Assembly: GCA_041946805.1 (NCBI GenBank)
Contig: JBHGBC010000009.1
Coordinates: forward strand, 1-64,000
DNA from: a bacterium
GTDB lineage: Bacteria > Hinthialibacterota > Hinthialibacteria > Hinthialibacterales > Hinthialibacteraceae
Reading direction: 5' to 3'
Length of the DNA stretch: 64,000 bases
Numbering within the stretch: position 1 is the first letter of the stretch; each line of letters begins with the position of its first letter. A model generated the notes under the pieces. The model worked only from the letters and a program-made list of their open reading frames with translations. It did not search any database and was not told where the DNA came from. Below, piece by piece: positions 60,011 to 64,000 of the stretch. The position numbers were made by a program, and so were the translations under genes.

Positions 60011-60778
60011 TCAATACGGAAACGTCTCGTTGATCTCCGAATCCGATAATTCCTTCAAATATTGCCCGATGCGTTCCACCACGATGTCGATGATTTGCTT
60101 GCCTTTTTCGGGGGATGCTTTTTTGGGATAACCGACGCCCGCGTTGGTGGTGACGATGTGCCACGGCCGCGTCACCTGAACCCAACCCCGGTTGATGGCC
60201 TCGAAGCGCGAGGCTTTCACGGCCCCGTCATCCGCCCGCGACAGGTCCACCAGCTCGGGAAAGAGATACATCACCACGCTGGTTTCCATTTCATCCGCGT
60301 GATCGCCGTTCCGGTGCTCGATGATCTCCGCGTACCGGTCGGCCGCCACTTTCCACCATTCCACCAGGCTGAGAAATATGCTGGTCTTCCCGAAATATTC
60401 CCGCAAAGTATTTTTCAGGTCGTTTCCGCCATGACCGTTCAACAAAACCATTTTGCGGATGCCGTGCGCTTCCATGGAATGAATCACGTCGCCGATAACC
60501 CGGTCGAGGGTGGAGGGATTGAGCGAGACGGTCATGGGAAATCCCAGGAGATTGCTGTCCACACCGAAGGGAATGCCGGGCAGGAGGGCCACCCTGGCGC
60601 CTAGCGCGTGCGCCCGTTCGCAAATCAAATCTCCGACCCGTTCGGTCGTGATGGCGTCCGAGCCGTAGGGCAGGTGCAGATTGTGTGGTTCGGTCGCCCC
60701 CACCGGCAGCACCACCACTTCATACGGATGGCTTTTGACATAGTGATAATTAGTCTCAAGGAGTTTCCAAGGCTTCAT
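60011..60778 (-). CDS. creatininase family protein
   Basis: LPVGATEPHNLHLPYGSD, LNGHGGN, DHADEMETS, ASPEKG. Confidence 0.9.
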   Translation of the reverse strand: MKPWKLLETNYHYVKSHPYEVVVLPVGATEPHNLHLPYGSDAITTERVGDLICERAHALGARVALLPGIPFGVDSNLLGFPMTVSLNPSTLDRVIGDVIHSMEAHGIRKMVLLNGHGGNDLKNTLREYFGKTSIFLSLVEWWKVAADRYAEIIEHRNGDHADEMETSVVMYLFPELVDLSRADDGAVKASRFEAINRGWVQVTRPWHIVTTNAGVGYPKKASPEKGKQIIDIVVERIGQYLKELSDSEINETFPY

Positions 60779-61286
60779 TCCTTTTTCTCCAGGCCTCCAG
60801 AATAATCTCCGCGCAACGGGGGAGAGGGTGGTTGTCGGTCACCAGTTGAAAATCCGCGGCGGCTTCATACAGCGGTTCCCGGACGCGCAAGACGTCCTTC
60901 ACTTCCTCCACCGCGGATTTGGCGCCGGTCAACGAAGGCCGATCCGTGTTCCAAGAAATCCGTTCGGCGATTTTTTCGGGATCAGACCGCAGCCACACGA
61001 GAAATCCGTTCTTCCGCAAGGCGTGAACATTGGCCTGACGAGTGACCACGCCGCCGCCCGTGTCGATAATCGTCTGGCTATGTTGGACCAGTTCCTGGAC
61101 CAACGCGGCCTCCGTGTCCCGGAACGCGTCCCATCCATGCCGGGCAACGAAATCCGCGATCCGCTCGCCAAACCGCTCTTCCAGCAGGCTGTCCATGTGG
61201 AACACGGGCATCGCCAGACGCTGATGCAGCAGATCGGCGATCGTGCTTTTGCCCGTGGCCCGGTATCCGATGAGCACCAGGTTCAT
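60756..61286 (-). CDS. aroK: shikimate kinase
   Basis: LIGYRATGKST, GWDAFRDTE, DTGGGVV, RPSL, REPLY. Confidence 0.92.
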   Translation of the reverse strand: MNLVLIGYRATGKSTIADLLHQRLAMPVFHMDSLLEERFGERIADFVARHGWDAFRDTEAALVQELVQHSQTIIDTGGGVVTRQANVHALRKNGFLVWLRSDPEKIAERISWNTDRPSLTGAKSAVEEVKDVLRVREPLYEAAADFQLVTDNHPLPRCAEIILEAWRKRNEALETP

Positions 61287-62149
61287 TTGTGACCCAATCC
61301 GCTTTCCACCGACTGGCGCATGATCTCCAACGGCGGTTCCTGGCCGGTCCACAGCCGGAACTGCTCCGCTCCTTGATTCACGAACATCGGCACGCCGTTG
61401 AGTATCCGCGCGAACCGCCGTTCCGCCCGCTGGAGCAACAGGGTCTTGGCGGGGTTGTAGATCAGGTCGAAGACGATGTGGCGTTCGGAGAACCAGGCTT
61501 CCTCCACCAGGCATTCGTCCACCTTGGGCGACATGCCCACGGGCGTGGTGTGGATGATGAAATCGGCTTCCTTGAAGCTATCCCGCATTTCACCGGGATC
61601 CAGTTCGGCCGTGGTCACCGGGACAGAGGTAAGAGACACCAGATCGGCGAGCATGGACCGCGCCATCTCTTTATCTTCCCGGCGGTGAAGCAGATAGATC
61701 CGCTTGGGTTTCCGCTCGCAGGCCAGGGTGAAGGCCACGCCCCGCGCCGCGCCGCCCACGCCGAGCACGGCGATGGTCCGGCCGTCCACTTTTTCCATGG
61801 TTTCCAGTGCGCGCAAGGCCCCCACGCCGTCGGTATTGGTCCCGATGAGGCGGCCGTTCTCATTGATGACCGTGTTCACCGCGCCGATCCGCCGGGCCAG
61901 GGGCGTGATCTCGTCCAGATATGGCATGATCGACACTTTATGGGGAATGGTCACCGAAAGCCCCCGGATACCGAAGCCCACCATGCCCTCCACGGCTTTT
62001 TTCACGTCCTGGACATGAAAGGCCACGTATACGTAGTCGAGTCCAAGCGCCTGGAACGCGGCATTGTGCATGCGGGGCGACAGCGAATGCTCGACCGGGT
62101 CGCCGATCACCGCGCAAACCCGGGTGGCGCCGGAAATATTTGTAGCCAT
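61283..62149 (-). CDS. aroE: shikimate dehydrogenase
   Basis: GDPVEHSLSPRMHN, SVTIPHK, IGAVNT, GTNTDG, GVGGAARG, DLIYNP, QGAEQF. Confidence 0.95.
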   Translation of the reverse strand: MATNISGATRVCAVIGDPVEHSLSPRMHNAAFQALGLDYVYVAFHVQDVKKAVEGMVGFGIRGLSVTIPHKVSIMPYLDEITPLARRIGAVNTVINENGRLIGTNTDGVGALRALETMEKVDGRTIAVLGVGGAARGVAFTLACERKPKRIYLLHRREDKEMARSMLADLVSLTSVPVTTAELDPGEMRDSFKEADFIIHTTPVGMSPKVDECLVEEAWFSERHIVFDLIYNPAKTLLLQRAERRFARILNGVPMFVNQGAEQFRLWTGQEPPLEIMRQSVESGLGHK

Positions 62150-62358
62150 TCTTTTCCCTATCTGCCAATTGAGTATTGATCAATACATCGGAAGATACAT
62201 GCTGAAAATCCATTCATGAGTTTTTATTTTAGAGAAATGAATAACAAAATATACCCCGCCAAAATCGAGATTTTACTTTGGAAGCGAGAATCTTTTTGAT
62301 TCCATTCCGGATTGAATTTCAGGATGGGATCAGTTCATCACGCAATGATGAAAAATAA

Positions 62359-62567
62359 GGTTCATCCGAGAAGTGCGTACATAATGAGGTAAAATCGATT
62401 TCATTCACTCCGGGATGTGGGCGGACACCAAGGTCCGCCCCTACAAAAAAACCCCTCACCCTAATTCTCTCCCGGAGGGAGAGGGGATTTGGGGTTGATC
62501 TCTCGAACCAGTCTGATTAAGACCGCCAGCGTTTTCGGAAGAAAAGTACGCAATTCCCAGATGAACC
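62359..62567 (-). mobile_element. ~210-bp non-autonomous element, copy D (inverted)
   Basis: GGTTCATCCGAGAAGTGCGTAC ... GTACGCAATTCCCAGATGAACC; internal modules in reverse order. Confidence 0.8.
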
Positions 62568-62605
62568 AAAAAAACGCCCCGGACAAGTGACTTCCGGGAC
62601 GTTTG
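62568..62605 (-). terminator. intrinsic terminator of rpoD
   Basis: Minus strand AAACGTCCCGGA..TCCGGGGCGTTTTTTT, about 35 nt after the stop. Confidence 0.75.
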
Positions 62606-62639
62606 ATAAGCCCCTTTCATTTCTTGAAAGAGTGAATCC

Positions 62640-63998
62640 TCAATCCACAAAATCCCGCAGCTTCCGGCTGCGGATGGGGTGGCGCAGTTTGCGCAGCGCC
62701 TTGGTTTCGATCTGCCGGACCCGTTCGCGGGTGACGCCGAAGCGGTTGCCGACCTCTTCCAATGTCCGTTCGTAACCGTCGCCGATGCCGAACCGCAGGC
62801 GCAGCACGGTCTCCTCGCGCTCCGTCAACGTCTTGAGGACCGTTTCGATCTGCTCGTTCATGATGTGGTCGGACGTGCTGTGCGAGGGGGAGGTGACGGT
62901 TTTGTCCTCGATGAAATCGCCGAAGTGGGTGTCACCTTCCTCGCCCACCGGGGTTTCCAGGGAGATGGGCTGCTGGGCGATTTTGAACACCCCGCGCACT
63001 TTCTCGACTGGCATGGCGATATGGAAAGCGATTTCGTCGGGGGTCGGTTCGCGCCCCAATTCCTGCACCAGGCGGCGGGAGATGCGGGTCATCTTGTTGA
63101 TGGTTTCGATCATGTGCACGGGAATGCGGATGGTGCGCGCCTGGTCGGCGATGGCGCGCGTCACCGCCTGGCGGATCCACCAGGTGGCGTACGTGCTGAA
63201 TTTGTACCCGCGGCGGTATTCGAATTTATCGACCGCGCGCATGAGGCCGATATTGCCTTCCTGGATCAGGTCCAGGAACTGCAAGCCCCGGTTGGTGTAA
63301 TTCTTGGCGATGGATACCACCAGGCGCAGGTTGGCCTTGACCACGTCCATCTTGGCGAGGTGGGCGATGTTCTCGCCCTCCTTGATCATCTCCACGATCT
63401 TTTCCAATTTCTCCGGCTTGTCCTCCAACTCTTTCTCGCATTTGGACAAGCGGTCCTGGGCGCGGATCAGGCGTTTGCAATACTGAATCAATTCGTCGCG
63501 GGTTTTCCCGGTGCGTTTCTCCAACTCGCTTTTGCCGAAGCTGGTGTAGCGTAATTTTTTGTAGAGGTCCTTGACATTGCGGGAGCGGAGCTTCAGTTCT
63601 TTCTCCACTCCCTGGATTTCCTTCTTGGCATCGTACATCCGCTGGTGCATGGTGAGGATCTTCTTGCCGATCCGGCCGATCACCTCGTGGTCGATCTTCA
63701 TCGCGATCAGCAGGTTTCCCAGGTGGACCTTCTTCCCAATCAATTTGGGCCGGATTTTCTTGCTGATCCGCTTTTCCAGTTTTTGCACTTCCGCGAATTC
63801 TTGCTCCAAGAGGGTCAGTTTGCGCCGTAAGTCGCGGATGATTTTCTGCCGGTCTTTTTCGTCGAAATTTTCCTTCAGGTCGAAATTCTGAATCACGTCT
63901 TCGACCCGCATATGATTCATTTCCAACTTTTCCACCAGGCGGACGATCTCCTTCAACGCCGTGTTGCTCAAGGCCAACGCCCGGCAGACCTTGAACCG
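62640..63998 (-). CDS. rpoD: primary sigma factor RpoD (5'-truncated by window)
   Basis: [88 protein letters not shown]; long non-conserved region. Confidence 0.97.
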   Translation of the reverse strand, partial: RFKVCRALALSNTALKEIVRLVEKLEMNHMRVEDVIQNFDLKENFDEKDRQKIIRDLRRKLTLLEQEFAEVQKLEKRISKKIRPKLIGKKVHLGNLLIAMKIDHEVIGRIGKKILTMHQRMYDAKKEIQGVEKELKLRSRNVKDLYKKLRYTSFGKSELEKRTGKTRDELIQYCKRLIRAQDRLSKCEKELEDKPEKLEKIVEMIKEGENIAHLAKMDVVKANLRLVVSIAKNYTNRGLQFLDLIQEGNIGLMRAVDKFEYRRGYKFSTYATWWIRQAVTRAIADQARTIRIPVHMIETINKMTRISRRLVQELGREPTPDEIAFHIAMPVEKVRGVFKIAQQPISLETPVGEEGDTHFGDFIEDKTVTSPSHSTSDHIMNEQIETVLKTLTEREETVLRLRFGIGDGYERTLEEVGNRFGVTRERVRQIETKALRKLRHPIRSRKLRDFVD

Positions 63999-64000
63999 CC

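Noticed and set aside
7979..62485. Recurrent ~33-bp palindromes as a CRISPR array
   Set aside because: The copies are dispersed kilobases apart in both orientations with no regular spacers, and there are no cas genes.

Overview
This is a GC-rich bacterial chromosomal window, mostly housekeeping genes, with no rRNA, tRNA, CRISPR array, prophage or transposase. From left to right it holds: pyrF (5'-truncated), an O-antigen-ligase-like gene, a group-2-like sigma70 gene, apt, dinB, argH, wzt, a GT2 and a methyltransferase, a Na+/solute symporter, a secreted acidic protein, an esterase, yihY, lolC/E, a glycosylation cluster (GT-C, two GT4, ligase-TPR) and lolD. Next come an ApbE-DoxX-Gfo/Idh/MocA redox module, cyoE/ctaB, DUF3179 and a ~14-kb minus-strand respiratory cluster (alternative complex III actABCDEF, SCO, caa3-type A2 cytochrome c oxidase). 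The right part has a PL11-like lyase, three paralogous pilin-like genes, xerC, lapA, a STAS protein, an M14 peptidase, a PPi-type PFK, hisI, a creatininase-family gene, aroK, aroE and rpoD (5'-truncated). The most unusual signal is non-coding: most longer intergenic gaps are mosaics of several palindromic repeat families. Four gaps carry a 209-211 bp element with 22-bp terminal inverted repeats whose non-Watson-Crick positions are mostly G.U wobbles on one strand. Other leads are a probable ATT start for dinB, a pilin-like paralog family with constant ends and a variable core, a candidate C-terminal sorting motif (TAVPDWMLH), and a lolC/E-lolD split that one inversion would explain. All calls come from motif recognition by eye; no searches were run.
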